Shown: piece by piece, positions 35,991 through 44,139 of the stretch
Layout of the letters: every line of letters starts with the position of its first letter
Position numbering within the stretch: position 1 is the first letter of the stretch
Origin: a virus
Taxonomy: Duplodnaviria > Caudoviricetes
Virus record (IMG/VR): IMGVR_UViG_3300012909_000002
Span: 1 to 45,814 of that record
Length of the DNA: 45,814 nt
Strand: one strand, 5' to 3'
The notes under the pieces: generated by a model
Databases searched by the model: none
Told to the model about the DNA's origin: nothing
The model's input: only the letters and a program-made list of their open reading frames with translations
Made by a program: the position numbers and the translations under genes

Positions 35991-36935
35991 ATGGCGACGA
36001 AACAGAAGACCAGGAAGACCGTGACGAAGGTGACGAAGAAACCCACGACCGCGCTGGCGCGGCGGGATGCACCACCGCAGATAGTCGAGTTGCGCGTGAA
36101 CGACCCCGGTCGCATGTTGCCGGTGGCGAACGAGTCCACGGCGCTCGGCCTACTCAGCGATGAAGCGGCTGTCGGCAACCTGGGCATGGTCGAGGTGAGA
36201 CTGACCGATGCCGAGGAGTCCATCCTGTCGGAGGCGGTGAACCCTGACGACGTGCTGGTCAAGCCTAACGGCATCGCCTACCTGAGCCACCCTGTCTACA
36301 CGAAGTGGTTCAACCGCGCGTTCGGTCGGCTCGGCTGGGCGCTGGTGCCGAAGGCCAAGGCCATCAAGGCCGGGAACCTCGTCGTCGTTCCCTACGTGCT
36401 GTATATCCACGGTCAGCCAGCCGCGTTCGCGCAGGGTGAGCAGGACTACTTCGACAGCAACAAGACGCAGACGTTCGGAGACGCGATTGAGGCGACGGTG
36501 GCGTCTGGCTTGCGTCGGTGCGCGAAGCGGTTGGGCGTCGGCCTGGAGTTGTGGGACAAGCGGTGGCTGCAGCAGTTCATGGACACCCACGCTGAGCAAG
36601 TCGGCGGCGAGTGGCGCTTGATCAGGGATCGTCGACCGGCCACGTTCAGGGGCGGCAATGCCGGTGGTGGCAAGACCGTCGCGCAGGAGCAGCGCCAGAC
36701 ACCACCCAAGGCTGGCACCCACGCGGCGGAAGGTGAGAAGATCACCGACGTGCAACGGGCGCGGTTGGTGAACATCGCGCAACGCGCGGGTCGCATCGAC
36801 GCCGACGTCGCGCTGTGGCTGAAGGCTCGATACAAGGTGGCGAACTCGCGCGACATCCTGCGTCGGGACTACGACGCTATCTGCGACCAACTGGCGGTGC
36901 GTGGTGCGCTGCCAATGCCAGGAGACGGTGAATGA
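35991..36935 (+). CDS. Mgm101/Rad52-like single-strand annealing protein
   Basis: VKPNGIAYL....Y..FNRAFG..GW..VP and GLRRCAKRLGVGLELWD match the Mgm101 core as I recall it. Confidence 0.82.
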   Translation: MATKQKTRKTVTKVTKKPTTALARRDAPPQIVELRVNDPGRMLPVANESTALGLLSDEAAVGNLGMVEVRLTDAEESILSEAVNPDDVLVKPNGIAYLSHPVYTKWFNRAFGRLGWALVPKAKAIKAGNLVVVPYVLYIHGQPAAFAQGEQDYFDSNKTQTFGDAIEATVASGLRRCAKRLGVGLELWDKRWLQQFMDTHAEQVGGEWRLIRDRRPATFRGGNAGGGKTVAQEQRQTPPKAGTHAAEGEKITDVQRARLVNIAQRAGRIDADVALWLKARYKVANSRDILRRDYDAICDQLAVRGALPMPGDGE

Positions 36936-37192
36936 ACTTCAGCCCCGCTGACGAAGAACGCATGAAGCATATCGAGAACGAGCTCGCGCGAAAGTGCAAC
37001 GAGTTCAGGGAGAACACCGAAGCGGCCATTGTGGTGTTTGCCCTGCTGCGCGTGGCGCGGACGCTGCTGAAGCTGTATCGCAAGAAGACCCGCGAGACGT
37101 TGCTCGAGGATGTGGGGATCCCGTTCCTGCGGGGTCAGACGCAGCCTGGTCGACTGATCGACGGCGACGTCGGCGGCAGCTTAATCAACTAA
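36932..37192 (+). CDS. Hypothetical protein
   Basis: ATGA coupling, helical. Confidence 0.65.
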   Translation: MNFSPADEERMKHIENELARKCNEFRENTEAAIVVFALLRVARTLLKLYRKKTRETLLEDVGIPFLRGQTQPGRLIDGDVGGSLIN

Positions 37193-37196
37193 CGTC

Positions 37197-37784
37197 ATGC
37201 CTGCCCTGAAGGAACTGGCATTCCGTTTCGACCCAGCCACGCACACCTACACCGAGCTTGAGAGCGGTGTGGTGCTGCCGCACATCACCGGCCTGCTGAT
37301 GAGCGCCGGCCTGATTGACGACCGGTGGTATACCGAGGAGTCGAGCGTTAGAGGCACGGCGGTGCATGACATGACCGCCACCTACGACCTTGGGGCGCTC
37401 GACCCCTCGACGCTGGTCAGCCGCTACAAGGGCTACGTGCTGGCCCACGTCGACGCCATGATGGCGCTGAAGCCGACGATGCTGTCGGTCGAGGAGCCAG
37501 ACGCCCACCCTGGATATCGCTTCGCTGGCAGGCCAGACAGGGTGCTGCTGTGGCGGAAGCTGCGCGGCGTCTACGAGGTCAAGACCGGTGGGCCGGAGAA
37601 GTCGCACATGATCCAGACGGCGCTGCAGGCCATCCTCGACTCGCACCGCAGTGGTCTGCCCCCGCACCGCTACCATCGGATGGCCGGTTACTACCAGTCG
37701 TCGGGTCGCTACAAGATCAACACGCACGATAACCAGGGCGACATCGCGAAAGCGGTGGGCATTCTCAAGGAGTTCTGTCGATGA
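37197..37784 (+). CDS. PD-(D/E)XK (Cas4/RecB-like) exonuclease
   Basis: FD...HTY, PHITGLL, RGTAVH, VEE..FAGRPDR..YEVKTG..Q. Confidence 0.8.
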   Translation: MPALKELAFRFDPATHTYTELESGVVLPHITGLLMSAGLIDDRWYTEESSVRGTAVHDMTATYDLGALDPSTLVSRYKGYVLAHVDAMMALKPTMLSVEEPDAHPGYRFAGRPDRVLLWRKLRGVYEVKTGGPEKSHMIQTALQAILDSHRSGLPPHRYHRMAGYYQSSGRYKINTHDNQGDIAKAVGILKEFCR

Positions 37785-37972
37785 GTTATGACGCTGCGCT
37801 GCAACTGATGAAGGCGAACACCGAGTTCATGCTGTTGCTGGCGGCGGCGCTGGCCGTCGGCGCCGGGATGATCTTCCAGGTCAGCGAATACTTCGCGCCA
37901 GACGACCTGGGCGCGATCGACCCGAAGCCCCGCATGAAGGACTGGTATGACGAGGAGGCGCGACGTGGCTGA
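37781..37972 (+). CDS. Small membrane protein
   Basis: AAGGAG RBS, ATGA coupling; one TM segment. Confidence 0.6.
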   Translation: MSYDAALQLMKANTEFMLLLAAALAVGAGMIFQVSEYFAPDDLGAIDPKPRMKDWYDEEARRG

Positions 37973-38513
37973 AGCAACCTGGCCCCCGACGTGGAACGGC
38001 CCGAACTTCAAGAAGCCACGGGTCAGCGCGAAGGTGACGCGCGGCATCAAGCGCAAGGTGCGCGACAACACCGAGAACCAGCACAAGACCGAGGTGCGCC
38101 GGCGTGACAACAAAGCCTGTCGCGGCGGCTGCAGGTTCCCGCTCTGCGGTTGCAGGAAGTTCAATCTGGCGAAGCACGTCGCGCACCTGGAGCACAAGGG
38201 GATGGGTGGCAACCCGCTCGAGGATCGGTCGGTGCCGGAGAAGATGATTCAGGTCTGCATCGCGCGGCACCGCGAACATCTGTTCTCGATCGACAAGGGA
38301 ACAGTGCAGTGCAGGCCGCGCACGAACGCTGGCACCAACGGGCCGGTGGAATGGTGGCTCGACGTCGAGACGCTGCGCGACTACGACCTGTCGCCGTTCG
38401 CGTCGAAGGCCGAGTGGTGGTTGGTGGCAAGGGAGTCGGCGGTCGGGGTTCTCGAGCCGCTGAGTGCAGCACAGCGCGACGTGTTGCTGCAGCTCGCGGA
38501 GATGCACTGGTAA
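37965..38513 (+). CDS. HNH-like zinc-binding nuclease
   Basis: GAGGAGG RBS; VRRRD..C..CRFP.C..AHLEHKGMGG..VC...H. Confidence 0.55.
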   Translation: MAEATWPPTWNGPNFKKPRVSAKVTRGIKRKVRDNTENQHKTEVRRRDNKACRGGCRFPLCGCRKFNLAKHVAHLEHKGMGGNPLEDRSVPEKMIQVCIARHREHLFSIDKGTVQCRPRTNAGTNGPVEWWLDVETLRDYDLSPFASKAEWWLVARESAVGVLEPLSAAQRDVLLQLAEMHW

Positions 38514-39610
38514 TGGAAGGGAAAATCAATGGCCTGGGTTTATGTGCCGGCGTCGGGGGACTCGAGCTTGCTCTGCAGCTTGTCTTCGGAGATGCCTACG
38601 ACACCGTGTGTTACGTGGAGAGGGAAGCCTTTGTCATCGCTGATCTGGTCACGCGAATGGAAGAAGGCCAGCTTTGTCAGGCGCCTATCTGGAACGACCT
38701 TGACGACTTCGATGGCCGACGCTGGCGTGGACTCGTTCATTGCCTCACTGCCGGTTTCCCCTGTCAGCCCTTCTCTGTCGCCGGCACCAGGTTGGGAACA
38801 GAAGATGAGCGTTGGTTGTGGCCCAGCATCGCGCGAATCATTCGCGACGTTCGACCCCACGTCGTCTTCCTGGAAAACGTCCCGCCCGTCGTTGTTCACG
38901 GAAGTGCTGACATCATCGGAACGCTGGCCGAACTCGGCTATCTTGCGACGTGGGATCTGTTTTCCGCTTCCGACGTCGGTGCGACCCACGGTCGAGAGCG
39001 TTGGTTCTGCCTCGCAATTTTGGAGGACACCGGACTCGCCGGGAGCTGGAGGGCCGCGGACGCACACGACGTCGCAGGGCAACGGGCATCAGGTGACGCT
39101 GCAGGAACAGGCGACGAACTGGCCGACGCCGGGCGCCAGAGACTTCAAGGACACGCCGGGCATGGCGACCACTGGCGTGAACCCCGACGGAAGCATTCGC
39201 GACCGAAACGATCAACTGGCTCGAGCGGTGCATCAGTGGTCGGCGCCGGCGACATCCCCCTCTTCCCTCCTGGACCTGACGACGCCGAAGGCTGGCGCCG
39301 AGTCCTTGCCGTCAGACCAGACCTTGCCCCAGCAGTGGCGCAGCCCGAACCAGCGCGACCACCATGCGATGGGGCCAAGGGAGAACGCGACCCAGCGACA
39401 GAAGACGCTGGTCGATCAGGTGCAGGCGATGGCGCCGAAGGCCCAGCTGAACCCGCTGTTCGACGAGTGGCTCATGGGGTGGCCCCTAGGGTGGACAGAC
39501 TTCGCGCCTGTGGGAACGGAGTGGTGCCGCTGGAAGCAGCGTATGCGTTCTGCACTCTCGCGGCTCGTTTCGGCATCCAGGTCGGCGCAGAAGCTGACCT
39601 TCTAAAGTAG
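38513..39610 (+). CDS. DNA cytosine-C5 methyltransferase, catalytic (alpha) frame
   Basis: Motif I LCAGVGG, IV GFPCQPFS, VI ENV, VIII H.RERWF, X RLRACGNGVVP; motif IX absent in this frame. Confidence 0.9.
   Translation: MEGKINGLGLCAGVGGLELALQLVFGDAYDTVCYVEREAFVIADLVTRMEEGQLCQAPIWNDLDDFDGRRWRGLVHCLTAGFPCQPFSVAGTRLGTEDERWLWPSIARIIRDVRPHVVFLENVPPVVVHGSADIIGTLAELGYLATWDLFSASDVGATHGRERWFCLAILEDTGLAGSWRAADAHDVAGQRASGDAAGTGDELADAGRQRLQGHAGHGDHWREPRRKHSRPKRSTGSSGASVVGAGDIPLFPPGPDDAEGWRRVLAVRPDLAPAVAQPEPARPPCDGAKGERDPATEDAGRSGAGDGAEGPAEPAVRRVAHGVAPRVDRLRACGNGVVPLEAAYAFCTLAARFGIQVGAEADLLK
38529..39605 (+). CDS. Overlapping +1-frame methyltransferase (beta) subunit carrying TRD-like repeats and motif IX
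   Basis: 358-aa open frame inside the MTase; WRTP/WPTP/WRSP repeats, LNPLFDEWLMGWPLGWTD; high GC3 in its 3' half. Confidence 0.75.
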   Translation: MAWVYVPASGDSSLLCSLSSEMPTTPCVTWRGKPLSSLIWSREWKKASFVRRLSGTTLTTSMADAGVDSFIASLPVSPVSPSLSPAPGWEQKMSVGCGPASRESFATFDPTSSSWKTSRPSLFTEVLTSSERWPNSAILRRGICFPLPTSVRPTVESVGSASQFWRTPDSPGAGGPRTHTTSQGNGHQVTLQEQATNWPTPGARDFKDTPGMATTGVNPDGSIRDRNDQLARAVHQWSAPATSPSSLLDLTTPKAGAESLPSDQTLPQQWRSPNQRDHHAMGPRENATQRQKTLVDQVQAMAPKAQLNPLFDEWLMGWPLGWTDFAPVGTEWCRWKQRMRSALSRLVSASRSAQKLTF

Positions 39611-39642
39611 TTGTTGACAACAAAGCCAGCCGTCGTTAAACT
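39611..39642 (+). promoter_or_regulatory. Sigma70-type promoter overlapping operator copy 4
   Basis: TTGACA 39614-39619, 17 bp, TAAACT 39637-39642; operator TTGTTG-A-CAACAA 39611-39623. Confidence 0.8.
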
Positions 39643-39662
39643 CCCGAAAAGAGGATGAACTG

Positions 39663-40019
39663 ATGGCGAACAAACAAACGAGCAACAACGCGCCGCTGTG
39701 GGTCAAGGAGTTCGGTCGCAGCTACGACGTGCCGGTGGAAGTCACGTCGCACCCGAAGCTGGTCGACCTGTCGTGGCACAACGACACGTCGCCGTCGTTC
39801 GGCATCGACGGCAAGGACACCGCGCTGCGGTTGTGGGTGGCTCACGTCGACCCGCAGATGCGCGACATCGCTGGCGGCAAGCGGTTCATGGTGGTCTTCG
39901 ACGGCAACGACGAAACCTGCCCGGAGTTCGTTGAGACGGACGACGTGAACGAAGCCATTGCGGCATGGGAGAAGACAGCCGCCGAGTGGCAGGCGCAGCT
40001 TCTGGTGGAGGCGCTCTAA
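39663..40019 (+). CDS. Hypothetical early protein
   Basis: GAGGA RBS downstream of the promoter; DLSWHNDTSPSF. Confidence 0.8.
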   Translation: MANKQTSNNAPLWVKEFGRSYDVPVEVTSHPKLVDLSWHNDTSPSFGIDGKDTALRLWVAHVDPQMRDIAGGKRFMVVFDGNDETCPEFVETDDVNEAIAAWEKTAAEWQAQLLVEAL

Positions 40020-40292
40020 ATGGTGGTGCCAACGGTTCACCTGAACGGCACCAGCGGCCAGGACTTGCTCGACCAGAACAAAGAGGTCGCTGGCTACCTG
40101 CGCGTCGGCCTGACCGCCATGTTCGAAGCGGCACCCAACGCGCGTGACTACTACGTGCAGGGCGGCAACGCCTATCGCGAAGCTCGGCGGGAGTATGTCG
40201 ACCGCTGTGAGCGAGTGAAGGCGGTGCTGGCCGAGGTCGACGCCATCATTGAGAAGATCGAAGAGCAAGTCGAAGCACGTCGTCGGAAGTAA
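40020..40292 (+). CDS. Hypothetical protein
   Basis: GGAGG RBS; PTVHLNGTS..L..APNARDYYVQG. Confidence 0.78.
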   Translation: MVVPTVHLNGTSGQDLLDQNKEVAGYLRVGLTAMFEAAPNARDYYVQGGNAYREARREYVDRCERVKAVLAEVDAIIEKIEEQVEARRRK

Positions 40293-40315
40293 CACAAACC
40301 CTGAAGGAGACACAG

Positions 40316-41308
40316 ATGGCAAAGACGATTAGAACGACCCGGGCGGCGAAGGCCGACGCCCGGGGTGCGGCCCCTGACATGCGAGACGTCCCTACGGCGA
40401 CGTCCTGGCCGACTCCGGCGCCGACGCCGAGCGCGGTGCGGATCGACCTGAGTCCAAGCCCGGAGGCGAAGCAGTCGCTGGAGCTTCGGCAGCAGGCTTC
40501 GCAGCTGGTGGTGCTCGACGCCAGCAGCCACAGCAACGCGCTCGAGTTCGTGCGTGGCGCCAAGCAGTTGCTGCGGAAGGTCGAAGACCACTGGAAGAAC
40601 ATCACGCGCAACGTCGACGACCTGAAGCGCAACCTGCTGACGCTGAAGCGGAAGGACACCGAGCCGATTGAAGCGGCCATCGCGCAGGCGACCGGCACGA
40701 TCCTGACCTACGAGAACGCCGAGCGTCGTCGGGTGCAGGAAGAGTCAGACCGCCTGCGTCGTGAGCAGGAAGAGCAGCAGCGCCAGGAGCGCGAACGCCA
40801 GCTGGCCGACGCCGAGGCCGAAGCTGCGGCCATTGAAGCGCAGTCGCCGAACCTGTCCGCGCGTGAACAGAAGTTTGTGGACAGCATCCTGCTCGGCCTA
40901 TTGCCGGAGAAAGCCTTCGAACGCGCTGGCTACAAGCCGGTGCTGAACGGCGGCAACAAGTTGGCGAACACGCCGAAGATCCAGAACGCCATCGCCACGC
41001 AGCAGGCGGCGAAGGTGCTGCGCGAACAGACCGCCGCGAAGCGGGAGCAGCCCCTGGAATACGTGCCGCCACCGGTTGTCGAGACGAACCTGGGCCGCGC
41101 GTCCGGTGTCTCGACCCGCACGACCTACTCGATGGAGGTGGTCGACCCGCAGGCGCTGATCGAAGCGTTCAAGTTGAACAGCGTCGACCGCCGCGCGTTG
41201 GTGCCGAACGAGATGTTCCTGAACCAGCAGGCGCGTGACCTGAAGGAAGCGTTTGAGTCGGCCTATCCGGGGTGCCGTCTGGTGAAGCGCCAGACGATCG
41301 CAGGGTGA
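40316..41308 (+). CDS. Coiled-coil protein with an internal TerS-like HTH insertion
   Basis: AAGGAG RBS; long coiled coil interrupted by LSAREQKFVD..AFERAGY. Confidence 0.8.
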   Translation: MAKTIRTTRAAKADARGAAPDMRDVPTATSWPTPAPTPSAVRIDLSPSPEAKQSLELRQQASQLVVLDASSHSNALEFVRGAKQLLRKVEDHWKNITRNVDDLKRNLLTLKRKDTEPIEAAIAQATGTILTYENAERRRVQEESDRLRREQEEQQRQERERQLADAEAEAAAIEAQSPNLSAREQKFVDSILLGLLPEKAFERAGYKPVLNGGNKLANTPKIQNAIATQQAAKVLREQTAAKREQPLEYVPPPVVETNLGRASGVSTRTTYSMEVVDPQALIEAFKLNSVDRRALVPNEMFLNQQARDLKEAFESAYPGCRLVKRQTIAG

Positions 41309-41586
41309 CCCCGATGAAGTGCCACGCTTGCGACCGCAGAACCACGAAGGGCGACACCTGTGACCCGTGCCTCGCTGAGAAGGCCGCGCACGAAGCCCTG
41401 AACCAGTTCCGCTACGCCATCAAGGCCGACCTGGGCAACGGCGTCCTGCACCACGTCGATGCCGGGGTCTATCCCGGCGACGTCGTCGACCTTGCCCAGC
41501 GCACCTACGGCTACGAACGCCTGGTAGTCGTCGACACGTTCAACCAGAACCGCATCCTGTGGGACTCCAGGGAGTTGAAGCATTGA
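41305..41586 (+). CDS. Hypothetical protein with N-terminal CxxC..CxxC
   Basis: GTGA coupling (or ATG 41314); CHAC..CDPC. Confidence 0.6.
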   Translation: MTPMKCHACDRRTTKGDTCDPCLAEKAAHEALNQFRYAIKADLGNGVLHHVDAGVYPGDVVDLAQRTYGYERLVVVDTFNQNRILWDSRELKH

Positions 41587-43400
41587 GCGCACCCACGCTG
41601 CGACCGTATCAACTGAAGGCCGGGGAGGCGCTCGAGGGCGCCTTCTTCGACGCCGGCCAGAACCGCGTCCTGATCAAGAAACCCACCGGCACCGGCAAGA
41701 CCGTGTGGTTCGCCGCGCTGCTGAAGGAGTTCCCCCGCCTCCGCGCGTGGCTCGAGCAGTTCCCCGAGAAGCAACGCAAGATGCTCGTCATCGCGCACCG
41801 CGAAGAGTTGCTCGACCAGGCGGCGGCGAAGATCAGGGCGCAGAACCCTGGCCTGATGGTCGACATCGAGCAAGGGCCGCGGTTCGCCAATCGCTACAGT
41901 GACGTCATCATCGCCAGCATCCAGACGCTCCAGGCCAGCAAGTTCAAGCGGCTGCGTGACCTGATGCGGTTCAGCACCTTCCGCATCGTGGTGGTCGACG
42001 AGGCCCACCACGCGGCGGCGGCGACCTACCGCACGGCGCTCGTCCACCTGGGCTTCCTGCCGCAGGCTGACGCCAGTGACGAGAACGAGATCGAAGCGGT
42101 GACCGACGACGACGTCGCGGTGATGGAGAAGAACCTTGCGAGCTGGGATGCTCGAGCACCGAAGGATCGGTTGCTGGTCGGCGTGACCGCGACCCCGAAC
42201 CGATCGGACGCCATCGGCCTGGGCTGCGTGTTCCAGACCATCGCGTTCAGCTACGGGCTGAAGGAGGCCATCAACGACGGGTGGCTGGTGCCGATCAAGC
42301 CATGGGTGATCGAGACGACCGACAGCCTGGACAACGTGCGAGTGCAGCGCGGCGAGTTCAATCAGCGTGAACTGGCCGACACCGTGAACAACCCGAGACG
42401 CAACGCGCTGGCCGTCGAGGGCTGGGCCGCTTACGCCGGCGACCAGTCAACGCTGGCCTTCACGGTCGACGTGCAACACGCGCACGACCTGGCCGAAGCA
42501 TTCCGGGTGACCGGCGTGACGGCGCAGGCGCTGAGCGGTGAGACACCGAAGGAAGAACGCCGCGCGATGCTGGCCGCTTACACGCGCGGCGACCTTCAGG
42601 TGATCACCAACTGCATGGTGCTGACCGAAGGCACCGACCTCCCGCGCACCGGCTGCATCCTGCACGCGAAGCCAACGAAGAGCGCCACGCTCTACGAGCA
42701 GATGACGGGCCGTGGTCTTCGTATTCACCCCGGCAAGACCGAGTGCGTCATCATCGACGTGGTCGACGTCGCGCGTCGGCATTCCCTGCAGTCGTCGCCC
42801 GTGCTGTATGGCCTGCCGCCATCGCTGAGTCCACAGGGCAAGACGCTGCAGCAGATCGAGAACGAGTTCGAAGCGTTCATGGAGAAGCACCCCGGCTTCG
42901 ACATGGAACGGGCTGGGCGCGTGACGATGGAGCAGTTGGAGGTTCGGGCGTCGACTTTCAATATCTGGGACATTCCCGAGCTTGGCCCCGTCGGCGCCAG
43001 CCTGGCGATGAAGTGGGTGCGCGTCGGCACCGACAGCTTTCGCTTGCAGTATCCCTGGCAGGACGGTGTTGAGATTGTGTCGGTGGCTCCTGACGTGCTG
43101 GGCCACTACGACGTCAGCATCACGCTCAGGCCGTCGCACGGCGCACCACCGCGGCAGCGGACGCTGGCAACGCAGATCGACGGCGAGAAGAAGGCGCTGA
43201 TGATTGCCGAGCAGTTCGTGAAGGACGACCGACCCAGCGTCGTGGGCCTGAAGGGAAAGAACGCTGGCTGGCGGCTGCGACCGGCGACACCTGGACAGAT
43301 GGGGCTGCTGCGGAAGCTACGGGCGCCGATGAAGCCGAACCTGACCGCCGGCGAGGCGTCAGACCTGATCGACATGGCGAACGCCAGGAGGGCGAGATGA
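41583..43400 (+). CDS. SF2 DEAH-type helicase (Irc3/RadD-like)
   Basis: LRPYQ, PTGTGKT, AHREELLDQ, DEAHH, TATP.RSD, LTEGTDLP, QMTGRGLR. Confidence 0.92.
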   Translation: MSAPTLRPYQLKAGEALEGAFFDAGQNRVLIKKPTGTGKTVWFAALLKEFPRLRAWLEQFPEKQRKMLVIAHREELLDQAAAKIRAQNPGLMVDIEQGPRFANRYSDVIIASIQTLQASKFKRLRDLMRFSTFRIVVVDEAHHAAAATYRTALVHLGFLPQADASDENEIEAVTDDDVAVMEKNLASWDARAPKDRLLVGVTATPNRSDAIGLGCVFQTIAFSYGLKEAINDGWLVPIKPWVIETTDSLDNVRVQRGEFNQRELADTVNNPRRNALAVEGWAAYAGDQSTLAFTVDVQHAHDLAEAFRVTGVTAQALSGETPKEERRAMLAAYTRGDLQVITNCMVLTEGTDLPRTGCILHAKPTKSATLYEQMTGRGLRIHPGKTECVIIDVVDVARRHSLQSSPVLYGLPPSLSPQGKTLQQIENEFEAFMEKHPGFDMERAGRVTMEQLEVRASTFNIWDIPELGPVGASLAMKWVRVGTDSFRLQYPWQDGVEIVSVAPDVLGHYDVSITLRPSHGAPPRQRTLATQIDGEKKALMIAEQFVKDDRPSVVGLKGKNAGWRLRPATPGQMGLLRKLRAPMKPNLTAGEASDLIDMANARRAR

Positions 43401-43672
43401 TGGCCGAAGAAGAGAACACCGACTACGTGAACCACCTGAAGGAGATCATGGCGCAGCAGGCGGCGACCCCGGCGGCGACCCTTGTTGCCCACGCAACGCT
43501 GATGATGGTTCAGGTGCTTGAAGCATCAGGCGTCGAGGGTGCGATGGAGATGATTGAGCGGTGCAGCAGATTGGGCGTTGACGCCATTGAGGCTATCGCT
43601 CTGGAACACGCCATGGAAGAAGTCGACCGCGAGAACGAGGCGCTCGAGGCCACTCGCGAAAACGAGCAGTAG
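43397..43672 (+). CDS. Hypothetical acidic protein
   Basis: GGAGG RBS, ATGA coupling. Confidence 0.65.
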   Translation: MMAEEENTDYVNHLKEIMAQQAATPAATLVAHATLMMVQVLEASGVEGAMEMIERCSRLGVDAIEAIALEHAMEEVDRENEALEATRENEQ

Positions 43673-43699
43673 ACAGAGTGAAGTGGAAGATCGTATAAC
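43670..43699 (+). promoter_or_regulatory. Candidate sigma70 promoter for the replication operon
   Basis: TAGACA 43670-43675, 18 bp, TATAAC 43694-43699. Confidence 0.5.
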
Positions 43700-44125
43700 C
43701 TTCGGGCGCAAACAAAAAGAGCCGGTGGGCCTGAAGTCCCACCGGCTCAGCGTTCTGTCGATGGCGCGACAGAAGGCCCAGGAAGACGCAAGTCTACATC
43801 CTGTCGGGCCTTCCCATCAAGCCATCCACAACACGTTGCGTTCGTCGGCGCCGGGAGCGTTAAGCCACCGGGGCGCACAGACGACGTTGTCCACTACCGG
43901 GTGCTGCAAAGTGGGCGGGCTGGAGCCGAATGGTCAGAGGCCGCAGGGGGTGCTGTGCGACAGCAACGATAGTCTGACCTTTCCAGGGTGTTGTCGTCAC
44001 GACGCTCAGGGCCACGAACGGACGACGGCCACGGGCTGATCGAATCTGTCAACGAGGCATCGGCTGCAACCCTCTAGGGGAGCCTGTGCCTCGTTGGACT
44101 CAGGCGCTAGGCTGAATTAAAAAGC
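43700..44125 (+). other. Structured non-coding region (candidate ncRNA, leader or replication origin)
   Basis: Largest gene-free gap in the genome; several long stems, a GCAA tetraloop and mutually exclusive pairings. Confidence 0.45.
43719..43748 (-). terminator. Strong hairpin; rho-independent terminator on the minus strand
   Basis: GAGCCGGTGGG/CCCACCGGCTC 11-bp stem, preceded by AAACAAAAA on the + strand. Confidence 0.55.
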
Positions 44126-44139
44126 TCAGGAGAAACTAG

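Noticed and set aside
38150-38512. N-terminal extension of the C5 methyltransferase in the ORF track
   Set aside because: It overlaps the HNH-like gene. ATG 38513 is coupled to that gene's stop (TAATG) and is followed directly by motif I.
43554-44039. 161-aa ORF across the structured intergenic region
   Set aside because: Atypical codon usage and composition, and no RBS. The region is better explained by RNA/DNA structure, though a leader peptide from ATG 43761 is not excluded.
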